56,985 bases of DNA from a virus. Lineage: Duplodnaviria; Caudoviricetes. Within the stretch, counting starts at the first letter, position 1, and each line of letters opens with the position of its first letter. Shown in pieces: positions 29,481 through 39,585 of the stretch. The stretch lies in IMG/VR virus record IMGVR_UViG_3300017752_004327, positions 1-56,985 of that record, one strand, 5' to 3'. The notes under the pieces were generated by a model that saw nothing but the letters and a program-made list of their open reading frames with translations, did not search any database and was not told where the DNA came from. Position numbers and translations under genes: made by a program.

Positions 29481-30501
29481 ATGCTTGTGCAACCTCTGGC
29501 AGGTAATCTTTTATTTTTACGTTTCTAAAATTATCTAGTTTTGTAATATGTTTAACAAACTTTGCCTGTGCAGCAGTATCGGCTTCACCGTCTTTCCATT
29601 CGTCTATATATTTAAATTGTTTTCGCAAACTGTCTGGCGCATTTTTTACGTGTAGCCAATCAGGATATACAAGTAGATTATCCCATACTTTCATATTCAT
29701 TTTGTCTGCATACTCTTTAATCTCATCTTGGTACAGTGCATTAAGCACACTAGTACAAGGTGCAATATCGCACTTGTATAGATCTTTGTATATGTCAATA
29801 TTGCGACTGATGGTTTCCCAATTTGATCCATATCTAATATATTCAATTTTCTTATCTACTGCGTCAAGACTTAGACTCATTATAACACGAGGGAAACGTT
29901 TTAGCAACTGATGTATTTTAGGATTGTATAATGTTGCATTTGTATTAAACCTAACAGTAACACTGCTGTCTAATCTTTCTAAAAACTGTGGTAAGTGTTT
30001 TACCATCATAGGTTCACCACCTGTTAAGTAAACTTCTTGTAACGGTAAGTTTTCAAAGTAGTGTAGGTATCTTTCATCATACCAATTGTAGTTAGGTGTG
30101 TTAAATATTTGATGTACTGGAATAATACCTTGACGATCCATTGCTACTGCTTCTTCTGCAATACTGCTGCTTGCACCACTATGACAACTGATACATTGTA
30201 AATTACAACTGTTACCGAAACGTAAGTCTAAGTGCGACAAGCCTGGACCATAATTATCTTTTAACTGTCTACGACTTTTTAAACCTTTTTCTTCGTGTAG
30301 TTTACACCCTTCACACGCATCAGGCCATTCGTTACGAGCCAACTGCTCTTTTGCTTTTGTAACTGTATCGCTTGCTAGCCATTGCTGCGGTGTATGTGTA
30401 TGCACAGTTTCAGCATTGTTTGGTTCGTTACTAGTACAGCACATACGGTATTGACCGTTTGCTGCAATATAACTATGGCTTTCTAATAGTTTACATCTCA
30501 T
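29467..30501 (-). CDS. Radical SAM enzyme with N-terminal twitch-like domain
   Basis: MRC..G.YRMCC..CEGC, CNLQCISC, TGGEPM, NTNAT, SLD. Confidence 0.9.
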   Translation of the reverse strand: MRCKLLESHSYIAANGQYRMCCTSNEPNNAETVHTHTPQQWLASDTVTKAKEQLARNEWPDACEGCKLHEEKGLKSRRQLKDNYGPGLSHLDLRFGNSCNLQCISCHSGASSSIAEEAVAMDRQGIIPVHQIFNTPNYNWYDERYLHYFENLPLQEVYLTGGEPMMVKHLPQFLERLDSSVTVRFNTNATLYNPKIHQLLKRFPRVIMSLSLDAVDKKIEYIRYGSNWETISRNIDIYKDLYKCDIAPCTSVLNALYQDEIKEYADKMNMKVWDNLLVYPDWLHVKNAPDSLRKQFKYIDEWKDGEADTAAQAKFVKHITKLDNFRNVKIKDYLPEVAQAYGLN

Positions 30502-31361
30502 AACATTTTTGCCTGTTGCATAAGTTCTTGGGTGTTTTCTTTTACACTAGAAACTTTAACATCAACAATATCTTTATATTCACTTAGGAAGTATGTCCAC
30601 TCATCACGTTGTTGATTGTGCATATTATTCCAATCCAATGGCATAACAAGTTTACCTACTACAATATACCCTAGTGCCATATCTAGTGTAATTGGTTTGT
30701 GGGTATTGCGTTGATACCATTCAACAAAATGTTTACTAACAGTGAACGGAGTTTCGTACCCAGGTCGATATAACATATACCCTTCGCAGTTAATATGCTT
30801 TTGTGGTACAACACTATCAATTTTGTCGGCTTCACCTCTACCTGCAATTTCCAACCAATGCTTGCCTAAAGTATTGTAGCCCATACATAGATCGCCATAC
30901 CCTCTATCCATTTTAAAAAACAATAAATCTTCGTTACTGATATCCAAAGTAGTTGCGCCGTCAAATCTAAAGAAACTGTTTATGCGTGGTGTGCCTCTGT
31001 TGCTCAGATACTGCTCATAAACGTGTATAAGTCTATTAAGTTTATCATAGTCTTCATTAGGTTCTGCTTGCTCAACTAGTTCGTGTAATTCATTCAGTGA
31101 TAGTGATTTATCTAAACCTAACTTATCTATAAGTTGTGCTAACTGCTGAATAAGTTTTTCTTCGTCTTCATTGTCTAATACAAAACTAGTTTCTTGAACC
31201 AAAGGCTTTTGAATGTTTTCTTTAAGTAGTTGTAAAAATTTACAAGCAGGAGGATGATCATACAACACGTATGTCAATGGTAGTAAATCTTTTCCGTTAG
31301 AATACGTAACAGTTATGCTAGGCTTATTCCAATATATACTGTACTCATTTTGTGTACTCAC
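30498..31361 (-). CDS. Hypothetical protein
   Basis: Start revised to GTG 31361 (GGAG SD 6 nt upstream); LNELH..E, LNRLIH..E, GDLCMGYNTLGKH. Confidence 0.7.
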   Translation of the reverse strand: MSTQNEYSIYWNKPSITVTYSNGKDLLPLTYVLYDHPPACKFLQLLKENIQKPLVQETSFVLDNEDEEKLIQQLAQLIDKLGLDKSLSLNELHELVEQAEPNEDYDKLNRLIHVYEQYLSNRGTPRINSFFRFDGATTLDISNEDLLFFKMDRGYGDLCMGYNTLGKHWLEIAGRGEADKIDSVVPQKHINCEGYMLYRPGYETPFTVSKHFVEWYQRNTHKPITLDMALGYIVVGKLVMPLDWNNMHNQQRDEWTYFLSEYKDIVDVKVSSVKENTQELMQQAKML

Positions 31362-31373
31362 TAAATACTCCGT

Positions 31374-32357
31374 ATGCAACTTTCTAAATTAACAGACCAT
31401 CATCCAAGCGAATTAGTTAACATAAACTATCAAATGGGCAATACTTGTAATTATGCCTGTTGGTACTGCTTCCCTGGCAGTAATGAAGGAACATTTCGTT
31501 GGCCAGATTACGAATTAGCCAAAAACAATCTGGAACATATTATTGACTGTTACAAGAAAGCAGGAAAGACACGCTTTAACATTGACCTCATAGGAGGAGA
31601 GCCTACACTGTGGCCAGAACTAAGCAAGTTTACCAAATATTTTAGAGAGTTAGGCTGTACCTTTCATTTAAGTACAAATGGCAGTCGCAGTATTAATTGG
31701 TGGAAGAAACACGGTGGCGAGTTTGACACTATCTATATTAGTTGCCACCATCAACGTATTGATGTAGAACACGTGAGAGAACTTGCAGATATGTTATGGG
31801 AAGAACATAACAATGTAATATGTGATGTTTTAATGGATACAAAAGATTGGCAAAAATGTCAGAGTATTGTAGATACACTATTGCAAAGCAAAACTAGTTT
31901 TCCTGTAAATGTAAAACCTATCAAGTTAGGCGAAACTACACAAGATACAAACTATGAACAATCACAGTACTTGATAGATCAAAGAAAACGTAATCCTAAG
32001 CAAGAAGATATTTTCAAACCTAAAAGAAAGAAGCCACCTGTACAACTTACATATCAAGACGGGCATACTCAAGATGTTAGCAAGAACTTTGTACTGATAA
32101 ACAATCTAAATAAGTTTGAAGGTTGGACTTGTAACCTTGGAGTGGATACAATCTTTATAAACTTTGATGGTAGTATAGGAAGTGTCTGCGGTAATAGTTT
32201 ACTTGGATTTAAATCAGGTACTTACAATTTGTATGATGTTGAACTTCCTAAAAAGTTTGATCCTATTATTAAACCAGTTACGTGTGCGCAGAAAAAATGT
32301 ATGTGTCAAGTTGGCTTTCTATTAGAAAAGCACGATCCTACGTACCACACACTTTAG
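31374..32357 (+). CDS. Radical SAM enzyme with C-terminal SPASM-like domain
   Basis: CNYACWYC, IGGEPT, STNGSR, WTCNLG..C..C...CMC. Confidence 0.9.
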   Translation: MQLSKLTDHHPSELVNINYQMGNTCNYACWYCFPGSNEGTFRWPDYELAKNNLEHIIDCYKKAGKTRFNIDLIGGEPTLWPELSKFTKYFRELGCTFHLSTNGSRSINWWKKHGGEFDTIYISCHHQRIDVEHVRELADMLWEEHNNVICDVLMDTKDWQKCQSIVDTLLQSKTSFPVNVKPIKLGETTQDTNYEQSQYLIDQRKRNPKQEDIFKPKRKKPPVQLTYQDGHTQDVSKNFVLINNLNKFEGWTCNLGVDTIFINFDGSIGSVCGNSLLGFKSGTYNLYDVELPKKFDPIIKPVTCAQKKCMCQVGFLLEKHDPTYHTL

Positions 32358-33342
32358 AACAAATATCATATCTATTTTCGTTGTTCCAACTTTCAGGCAA
32401 GTAGGTTGCAAACCATTCACTGTTTAGTATATCTTCTAAACTAAGATCATTTACATTTAACCATTCTATACTTGCAACATCTTTAGCAAACGGACTATCA
32501 GGGTTGCGTGGCCATCTATCGCTTAGAAAATAGCAACAAGGAAACACTTCGCCTGTATGACTAACTTGTACCTTACGCTTCACTTGCCATTTGCATTTGA
32601 TAACACTGGTACTAAAATCGTCAATTGCTTTAATACGTTCTACGTTGTCTAAATATTTACTGTCATATTTGATAGTACGTGCTTGTTCTTTTTTATTTGC
32701 ATTAAACTTTTCTATTGCTGCATTGCTTAAACTGTTTAGTGCGCTGAATGTGTGTCCACCATTAATATCAAACTTTTTGAAACCTAAGGTAAACGCAAGT
32801 TCTTCACATTCTTCTATCTGATGTGCATTGTGTTCAAACACAAGCATACGCCATCTAGCAAGACCGCCTGCACCTATGTATGTTTGTGCGTTTGCCATAA
32901 TCTTGTCCCATAGCACTCCACGTCTGTAAAGGTGATTAGTATCTTCTAATCCGTCAATTGAAAATGTAACGTGACTTGGCTCTGGAAACTTTTGCATTAC
33001 TTCTGCTAGTTCTTTCCATTGTGTTCCTAGTCCGCCATTTGTGTGTATAGTAATTACAGGCGGAGTGTCTGCTACTTCCAAAATATATTCTAGTGCAGGA
33101 ACTAAATTTGGATTGAATATTGGATCACCATAACTACCATTGAATATTACTTCTTTAATTTGGTTAGCAACTTCAGGTGTAAACAGTTTTTTCCAAGTTT
33201 CTAAACTCATATGCTCTAAAGGCATTCTAGGATTAACAGTAACTCCGTCAATATTCCTGCTACAATTTCCACACATAGAATTACAGTGACTAGTAAAATC
33301 TATCACAATCGCTTCTAAATCATTCAACTTTAGGTATGGCAT
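32338..33342 (-). CDS. Radical SAM enzyme with C-terminal SPASM/twitch domain
   Basis: CNSMCGNCSR, NGSYGDP, HTNG, SIDG, G.VFPCC..CSKVCG; paralogue of 21796..22794. Confidence 0.9.
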   Translation of the reverse strand: MPYLKLNDLEAIVIDFTSHCNSMCGNCSRNIDGVTVNPRMPLEHMSLETWKKLFTPEVANQIKEVIFNGSYGDPIFNPNLVPALEYILEVADTPPVITIHTNGGLGTQWKELAEVMQKFPEPSHVTFSIDGLEDTNHLYRRGVLWDKIMANAQTYIGAGGLARWRMLVFEHNAHQIEECEELAFTLGFKKFDINGGHTFSALNSLSNAAIEKFNANKKEQARTIKYDSKYLDNVERIKAIDDFSTSVIKCKWQVKRKVQVSHTGEVFPCCYFLSDRWPRNPDSPFAKDVASIEWLNVNDLSLEDILNSEWFATYLPESWNNENRYDICSKVCGT

Positions 33343-33354
33343 AAGTATACTTAT
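33341..33354. promoter_or_regulatory. Perfect 14-bp palindrome giving late-type ATAAGTA on both strands
   Basis: ATAAGTATACTTAT between divergent radical SAM genes starting at 33342 (-) and 33375 (+). Confidence 0.55.
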
Positions 33355-33374
33355 ACTAGAAAAGTGCTACTATT

Positions 33375-34670
33375 ATGAATCAAGAACCGATTAAATTCGT
33401 CGATGCTGCTAAGGCTGCCAACCTAGATAAAACTCTAGATGGTAGTTCTATGTGCGCTATGAAGTGGATACATTTTTATATTCACCTCAAAGAAGGCATT
33501 GTAAAGAACTGTCACAATGTTCCACATAGGCATATTTCGCAACAAGAACTAGATGAGTATGGCAAAGATGTATTCGTAAATCATCCTTACGAGATTGAAC
33601 GAAGAAAAGAAAAACTTGCAAATATAAAACATACAGACTGTAGTGCGTGTTGGCGTAATGAAGAGAGAGGCATCAGAAGTCCTCGATTACCTAAAGCATA
33701 TTATGACTTTCATAGAAAGAGATTTGACGAACCAATTGATGAATTAAAAGCAATGCCAAGTCAACTAGAATTATATTTTAATAACACTTGTGACTTAAAG
33801 TGTGTGTATTGTAATGAAACTTTCAGCAGTCAATGGGAAATAGAGAATCGTAAGTTTGACATAAAGCCAAGTGAGAAAAACGTAGCACCAGAAGGTTTTC
33901 AAGACTTGTTCTACGAATGGTTAGAACAAGATGCTGTACCTTATATTTTACAGTATTATATACTTGGCGGAGAACCTTTGATACAAAACGAAGTGTATGA
34001 GTTTATTGATAGACTAATACCTATGTTAAAAGCAAAACAGAATAAATTTAAAATTAAACCTGTACTAATTGTTATCAGTAACGGTAACACTCCACAAGCA
34101 TATCTAGACAAGTGGTTACGTAAGGTAAAAGAAATAGAACCTTATGTAACTGTGCAGATGGATATCAGTATGGAAAGTTTTGGACGCAGGGCAGAATTTA
34201 TTAGAACAAATTTAATTTGGGATCGTTTTGCAAAAAACATAGAACGCATTATAGAATTTAGTGCTGATAAAGATATGCGTATTAGATTCAGTACAACTCA
34301 TAATGTTTTAAGTATAACAAGTTGTCTAGACTTAGTAAAATGGCTGCACAGTTTATCAAAGCAGTATAATGTAAAATTAGATTTGATACGTAGTAATGTA
34401 TCATATCCTAAACATCTAAGTCCGTGGATGCTAACTAATCAGTATAACACATTTATTGATAACATAGTATCTTGGATAACTGAACACGCACCTGAGTGGA
34501 AAGACTATGCAGACTTTATGCAATCTATAGGCGACAGTTTTGGTAAGCACACTGAAGCAGATAGAATTGCAGCAGCAGTATGGATAGACACAATGAAAGC
34601 AAGACGTAATTTAGACTTGCTTGAATACTTTCCGGAGATGCGTTCTTGGGAGGAATATGTCAATGGATAG
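33375..34670 (+). CDS. Radical SAM enzyme with N-terminal twitch-like domain
   Basis: CAMKW..NCH..CSACW, CDLKCVYC, LGGEPL, SNG. Confidence 0.9.
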   Translation: MNQEPIKFVDAAKAANLDKTLDGSSMCAMKWIHFYIHLKEGIVKNCHNVPHRHISQQELDEYGKDVFVNHPYEIERRKEKLANIKHTDCSACWRNEERGIRSPRLPKAYYDFHRKRFDEPIDELKAMPSQLELYFNNTCDLKCVYCNETFSSQWEIENRKFDIKPSEKNVAPEGFQDLFYEWLEQDAVPYILQYYILGGEPLIQNEVYEFIDRLIPMLKAKQNKFKIKPVLIVISNGNTPQAYLDKWLRKVKEIEPYVTVQMDISMESFGRRAEFIRTNLIWDRFAKNIERIIEFSADKDMRIRFSTTHNVLSITSCLDLVKWLHSLSKQYNVKLDLIRSNVSYPKHLSPWMLTNQYNTFIDNIVSWITEHAPEWKDYADFMQSIGDSFGKHTEADRIAAAVWIDTMKARRNLDLLEYFPEMRSWEEYVNG

Positions 34671-35439
34671 ATATATTGTCGATTATGATCCTGCACAAAT
34701 CACTAGTAGATTTATAGATAGCACATCGTGGGACATAATCGAACTTCCTTGGACTATTGACGTTGTACAGTTACAAGACTGGTACAGCATAGTAGATAGA
34801 GAATACGAAGATTTATATTTTAGTTGGCGCAAGTCGCAATATCTAAAAGACAAGTATCACTTAGAAAACATCGACAATGCGTTTGACGGAGATACAGGAC
34901 AAGCAGGTAGAGGTGTTTATGATCAAGGGTATCATATTGTAGATTATATTAAGAACACACATCTTGCAGAAATACTTGTAATGGAAATAAGTTGGTTTTG
35001 CGAAAAAGATATACCTGGAGTACCTAGTTGGGCTGCACGACAGGATCTTTATCCTGAATGCTGGACTGGCGAAAACAAAAGAATACAAGAAAAGTTTGAT
35101 TTTGGGTTTGTAAAGTTTATGAAAAATACACTGGGTGAAGAAATACTAAAAGACCTTAGCATTAGGAAACATCAGCCTACTGCTTTACTAGGTAAACATA
35201 TTGACGGACCTAATGTGCAAAGACTACACATACCAATTAACACAGATGACGATGCTAAATTTTTATACGGCGAAGACCTGGACAGAGAGTATAACTTGTT
35301 ACCTGGAAAGGCATATATTATTAATGCAGCAGTACCACACGGAACAGTAAATAAGAGTAAAAACAACAGAGCGCACTTACAGTCAAAACCTGTAAATGAA
35401 ACTGTTGTTAAAATAGCAGGAATGCAATGGAACAGTTAG
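34657..35439 (+). CDS. Asp/Asn beta-hydroxylase-like Fe(II)/2OG oxygenase
   Basis: KHID, RLHIPI, YIINAAVPHGTVN..RAH; start revised to ATG 34657 (GGAGG SD). Confidence 0.75.
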   Translation: MSMDRYIVDYDPAQITSRFIDSTSWDIIELPWTIDVVQLQDWYSIVDREYEDLYFSWRKSQYLKDKYHLENIDNAFDGDTGQAGRGVYDQGYHIVDYIKNTHLAEILVMEISWFCEKDIPGVPSWAARQDLYPECWTGENKRIQEKFDFGFVKFMKNTLGEEILKDLSIRKHQPTALLGKHIDGPNVQRLHIPINTDDDAKFLYGEDLDREYNLLPGKAYIINAAVPHGTVNKSKNNRAHLQSKPVNETVVKIAGMQWNS

Positions 35440-36122
35440 AAAAATATTGGCAAGAGCATAACAAAGAATACAGTTATGAATATCCAGAACAGTTTGATCC
35501 TAAATGGATTGTAATGGAAAGTGGTTGGCCATTCCTTAGATTAAGTGCTTTGGACAATCAGCCTTGGAAAGAAATGCACAAGGAAGCAGAAGCACTTGCA
35601 GACAAGTTTCACGTGCATAGAGACGACTATGGTAACGGTTGGCGCAGTCTAACATTACACGGACTAGACGAAGATACCCAAACATTAAACAGTTACGGTG
35701 ATAGAGCAAATACTATAAAACAACTAGACTGGACCTGGGTAGCAGACGAATGTCCTATTACTAAAAAGTTTTTAACAGATGTATGGCCTGCGGAGTTTTT
35801 AAATCGTGTAAGATTTATGTATCTTGAACCGGGCGGGTATATACTTCCACATCAAGATAGAGCAGATGAAGAAAAGCGTTTAACTGTTTGCAATATAAGT
35901 TTGAATAATCCGGAAGGTTGTGAATTTGTAATGAAGGATCAAGGTCGTGTACCATTTGATGACAATGGCAGTGCATTCTTAATGGATATTAGCAATGTAC
36001 ACAGCGTATGGAATAGAAGCGATAAGCCACGCATACATATGATTATTCACTACGAACTAGGTAGACGCATTAGAGATTTCTTCTATGTGCTTAGACAAAG
36101 TTATTATACTAATAGAGGTTAA
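35427..36122 (+). CDS. Asp/Asn beta-hydroxylase-like Fe(II)/2OG oxygenase
   Basis: W.SLTLHG, RVRFM.LEPGG.I.PHQD, HSVWN....RIHMI. Confidence 0.85.
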   Translation: MEQLEKYWQEHNKEYSYEYPEQFDPKWIVMESGWPFLRLSALDNQPWKEMHKEAEALADKFHVHRDDYGNGWRSLTLHGLDEDTQTLNSYGDRANTIKQLDWTWVADECPITKKFLTDVWPAEFLNRVRFMYLEPGGYILPHQDRADEEKRLTVCNISLNNPEGCEFVMKDQGRVPFDDNGSAFLMDISNVHSVWNRSDKPRIHMIIHYELGRRIRDFFYVLRQSYYTNRG

Positions 36123-37598
36123 ATGAAAGATTGGAATAGCATAACTGTTGATAGATATTGGGAACAAATTAAAGTTTCCAATGATATTGCTATAGGTATA
36201 CTTGATACACGTAGAGACATAGACAGCGACATTGTAAGTAAGCGTTCATTTGATATGACTTACTTTTATATTAACCGAATGGTCAAGATGGGTTTGAGCA
36301 AGTATGTAGGAAGTGCAATTACTGTACACGAAATACTAGAACGTGCTGTAAAAGAAAATAAAAAGTATTGTATGATTGCTGCACAAGGATGTTTGCTGTA
36401 CAGAGGACCTAGTCTAGTTACACAAAGTTTAGCCTACGCACAAAAGAATCCAGACTTCTTTGTTGTTGGACATATTATGGACAAAAAGAAACAGCACTAT
36501 CTTACTATGGGTGCGTATCCCGGCTTGCATAGACAGTATCTATTTGTTAATATTGCAAAGTGGCAAGAATTAGGTAGTCCAGTGTTTGATGAAATGGGCG
36601 TATTCCAAGATCGTAAACCTATACTACAAAACTATGAATTGAGCGAAAACACAATGAACAGTAACTATACACCTGCGTGGGTACGTAGAGCAGGTGGCGC
36701 AACAGAGTATCCAGTAACCAGTGATGGTAGTAACTGGATTGACATTGCATTACGTAAAGATATTGTTATTGACAACTTAGATAATGATATGCGTGATTGC
36801 AAAGTGTATTTGTACCCATACATTGATACAAAACAGTTAGAAGGAGTATGGTATGAAAAAGATGTGGAAAAAATTGACAAGTTATCTAACCAATCTCAAC
36901 GTGCTTGGATTAGAAAACTCCAATACCAAGAAGACATCGAAAAAGACAGAGTATATGCATTCAACACGGAGACACTTTCATCTGAAGGAGTAAGAACAGG
37001 CGGCAAACACATTGATCATCTGTTTACTGCTGCTGCTGGATTCAAACCTTTAGCAATACTAAATGCTAATGGCTTTCACGAAGGCACTACTGTGCATTAC
37101 TTTGATTGGTGTGAATCAAGTTTAAACTACAAGAAGCATTTATTAGAAACGTGGGACGGTTATGATTTGGATAAATGGCTCTTAGAACACGATTTAACTT
37201 ATAACTTCAGTAGCACTTATCGTGCAAACTATAAAGAGTTTTGGGATCAAGAAGTAGCAGAACACGGTGGTAGTTTAGCATTTCAAAGATTGTGGGCAAG
37301 GTATAGAGAACTAAGACACGAGTTCTATGTAATAGATATTGTAAATGAAAGTGATAAATTGTTTAATGAAATAAACAAGTACCACGGAACCAAAGTACTA
37401 TGGACTACAAATATTTGGTCAAGCGAAATGCTACATTGGAATGTAGAGCCCGAAGTATTAGAAACAAAATGGAAACAGTTTGAAAAACAAATTCCAAATG
37501 ACCTTGTATTATACGGACACGACTATGTTGCAGTAGATATGAATTCAAGAGTTAGGGACGGAGTGCAACTAACACACCCGAGATATAATGACAATTAA
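36123..37598 (+). CDS. Hypothetical enzyme (491 aa); C-terminal half possibly SAM/Rossmann-like
   Basis: VVGHI.D..Y..LHRQY..VN region; AAAGFK, VHYFD, DIV, WTTNIW; no firm family match. Confidence 0.6.
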   Translation: MKDWNSITVDRYWEQIKVSNDIAIGILDTRRDIDSDIVSKRSFDMTYFYINRMVKMGLSKYVGSAITVHEILERAVKENKKYCMIAAQGCLLYRGPSLVTQSLAYAQKNPDFFVVGHIMDKKKQHYLTMGAYPGLHRQYLFVNIAKWQELGSPVFDEMGVFQDRKPILQNYELSENTMNSNYTPAWVRRAGGATEYPVTSDGSNWIDIALRKDIVIDNLDNDMRDCKVYLYPYIDTKQLEGVWYEKDVEKIDKLSNQSQRAWIRKLQYQEDIEKDRVYAFNTETLSSEGVRTGGKHIDHLFTAAAGFKPLAILNANGFHEGTTVHYFDWCESSLNYKKHLLETWDGYDLDKWLLEHDLTYNFSSTYRANYKEFWDQEVAEHGGSLAFQRLWARYRELRHEFYVIDIVNESDKLFNEINKYHGTKVLWTTNIWSSEMLHWNVEPEVLETKWKQFEKQIPNDLVLYGHDYVAVDMNSRVRDGVQLTHPRYNDN

Positions 37599-38334
37599 AA
37601 TAGGCGTAAGGGGAAGTAAACTAGCAATTGCATACGCTGATCGTGTATGTGCAGAACTTAATTGTAGTACTGAGATAATTGCTATTAAAACAGAAGGCGA
37701 TCTAAACCCAGATACTCCAATACACGAAATTGGCGGCAAGGGTGTATTCTGTAGTGCTATTGAAAAAGCATTGTTGGAAGGGTCTATTGATGTTGCTGTA
37801 CACAGTTTAAAAGATATCCCAGGAGATATAGAAACAGAGGGATTGGAAATATCTGCTGTACTAGAACGTAACAGACCTTATGATGTCCTTATAGGTAAAG
37901 TGTTTGATGGATTTGTATTAGGTACAAGCAGTCCAAGGCGCAAGGCACAACTAGAAGAATTGTATGCTGATCAGCACATACAAATAAAACCTATAAGAGG
38001 TAATATAGATACAAGACTTGCAAAACTAGATGCAGGCGAATATGATGCTATTGTCCTTGCAGAAGCAGGATTAGATGCATTAGATATTAAAAGAGACTAT
38101 GAACGCTTATCTATTACACCAGCAGTTGGACAAGGAATCATTGCACTACAAACAAGAACAGGCAGTGATGCAAGTAATATTGTTAAAGAGATAAATCACG
38201 ATCTAACATATAGACAAGCAATGTTAGAAAGAGCATTACTAAAAGGTATAGGCGGTGATTGCACAACTAAGGTTGCAGCATTTGCAAGTGAAGACAATCC
38301 TATTAAACTAGAGGCTGTGTATTACAATGCTTAA
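37588..38334 (+). CDS. hemC: Porphobilinogen deaminase (hydroxymethylbilane synthase), C-terminally short
   Basis: RGSKLA, GGKGVF, VHSLKD, GTSSPRRKAQL, IRGNIDTRL, LAEAGL, PAVGQG, GGDC (cofactor Cys). Confidence 0.92.
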   Translation: MTIKIGVRGSKLAIAYADRVCAELNCSTEIIAIKTEGDLNPDTPIHEIGGKGVFCSAIEKALLEGSIDVAVHSLKDIPGDIETEGLEISAVLERNRPYDVLIGKVFDGFVLGTSSPRRKAQLEELYADQHIQIKPIRGNIDTRLAKLDAGEYDAIVLAEAGLDALDIKRDYERLSITPAVGQGIIALQTRTGSDASNIVKEINHDLTYRQAMLERALLKGIGGDCTTKVAAFASEDNPIKLEAVYYNA

Positions 38335-38977
38335 ACGCTATTTAGAAAAACACGATCCTATTGATTTAGGTTGGAGATACAAGCGTTGGTTTCCAGTCGA
38401 TGTTGAAAAAATGCAATCGTGGTATAAAGACTTAGAAGATAGTTATAGTGATTGGAAGTTTATTGTTGGGGACAATCAGCATATATGGCAGGAACCTATT
38501 GTTGACCCTGCAGGTATAACAGGACATCGCTTAATGGACGACACATCATATTATACATTGTGTTGGAACAGTGATGAAGCAGGACCAAAACCATTTGAAC
38601 AAGGACAAGCGAAACCAGAGTACAGAGATAATGATGATGACAATCTAAATCCACGCAAATGTTTTAGTGGGTATGCATTAGATATTGTACAGAATTTACC
38701 TGTGCGTAGTAAAAAATGGTTAGTTACAATACATACACCTGGGACTAAATTAATTACTCATCAAGACTCGCCTGATAAAATTAGAGTACACATTCCAATA
38801 TACACAAACAAGGATAGTAATTGGATTATAGATGGTGAAGAAATACATATGGAGCCAGGTTGGGCATACCTAGTAAATACTACATTACCACACAGTGTGG
38901 AAAATAAAGGTACTACAGAAAGAATACACTTATACGGCAAAGTATGGACTAACGATGTTAAGGAACTAGATATATGA
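38327..38977 (+). CDS. Asp/Asn beta-hydroxylase-like Fe(II)/2OG oxygenase
   Basis: PGT...HQD, RVHIPI.TN, YLVNTTLPHSVEN.G..ERIH. Confidence 0.85.
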   Translation: MLKRYLEKHDPIDLGWRYKRWFPVDVEKMQSWYKDLEDSYSDWKFIVGDNQHIWQEPIVDPAGITGHRLMDDTSYYTLCWNSDEAGPKPFEQGQAKPEYRDNDDDNLNPRKCFSGYALDIVQNLPVRSKKWLVTIHTPGTKLITHQDSPDKIRVHIPIYTNKDSNWIIDGEEIHMEPGWAYLVNTTLPHSVENKGTTERIHLYGKVWTNDVKELDI

Positions 38978-39585
38978 AGGTAGTAATTATCGGCGGCAAA
39001 GAAAGTGGTATAGCACCAGGCATTCATAATATGAATAATTGGTTACACGAATATTTTGCACAATATGATCTAGTACAATTGAGCAGAGTTACAGGTTACG
39101 ATCTTGACACCAAGTACGATGAAATAGTTGAGATAGCAAGAACTGCTGATATCTTTATTAACAGTGCGTGTGTAAAAGATTACCAAATAAAACTATTAGA
39201 TGATGTGTACGGACACGTTCCGTTCCTAATATGTTTAGGAAGTATTGCAGGTGATATGTATCCTGCTCCTCAAAACTATCCCAATCATCCTAACTATCCA
39301 GAAGTAAAACATAAATTAAAAGAGCGTTGTAAGTGGATACAGTTAGAGAAACAAGATGCTACTACTAACTTATTGCATCTAAATGTTACAGAAACTGAAG
39401 ATCATAAGTATAACGTAAAAGGGTTACAACAGCCACAGTTGTTTAAAATATTAGATTTTTGGTTTGATAATCCTTACATAGCAAATATGGACTTAAAGTT
39501 TTGGACAGAAAGTTATGTTAAAGAATATAAACAAAAGAAAATAAAAGGAATTATAGATTATTTTAATAATCAGAGGAACAAATGA
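38974..39585 (+). CDS. Short-chain dehydrogenase/reductase-like protein
   Basis: VVIIGG..SGI, DIFINSA, LGS, YPEVK (YxxxK). Confidence 0.65.
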   Translation: MKVVIIGGKESGIAPGIHNMNNWLHEYFAQYDLVQLSRVTGYDLDTKYDEIVEIARTADIFINSACVKDYQIKLLDDVYGHVPFLICLGSIAGDMYPAPQNYPNHPNYPEVKHKLKERCKWIQLEKQDATTNLLHLNVTETEDHKYNVKGLQQPQLFKILDFWFDNPYIANMDLKFWTESYVKEYKQKKIKGIIDYFNNQRNK

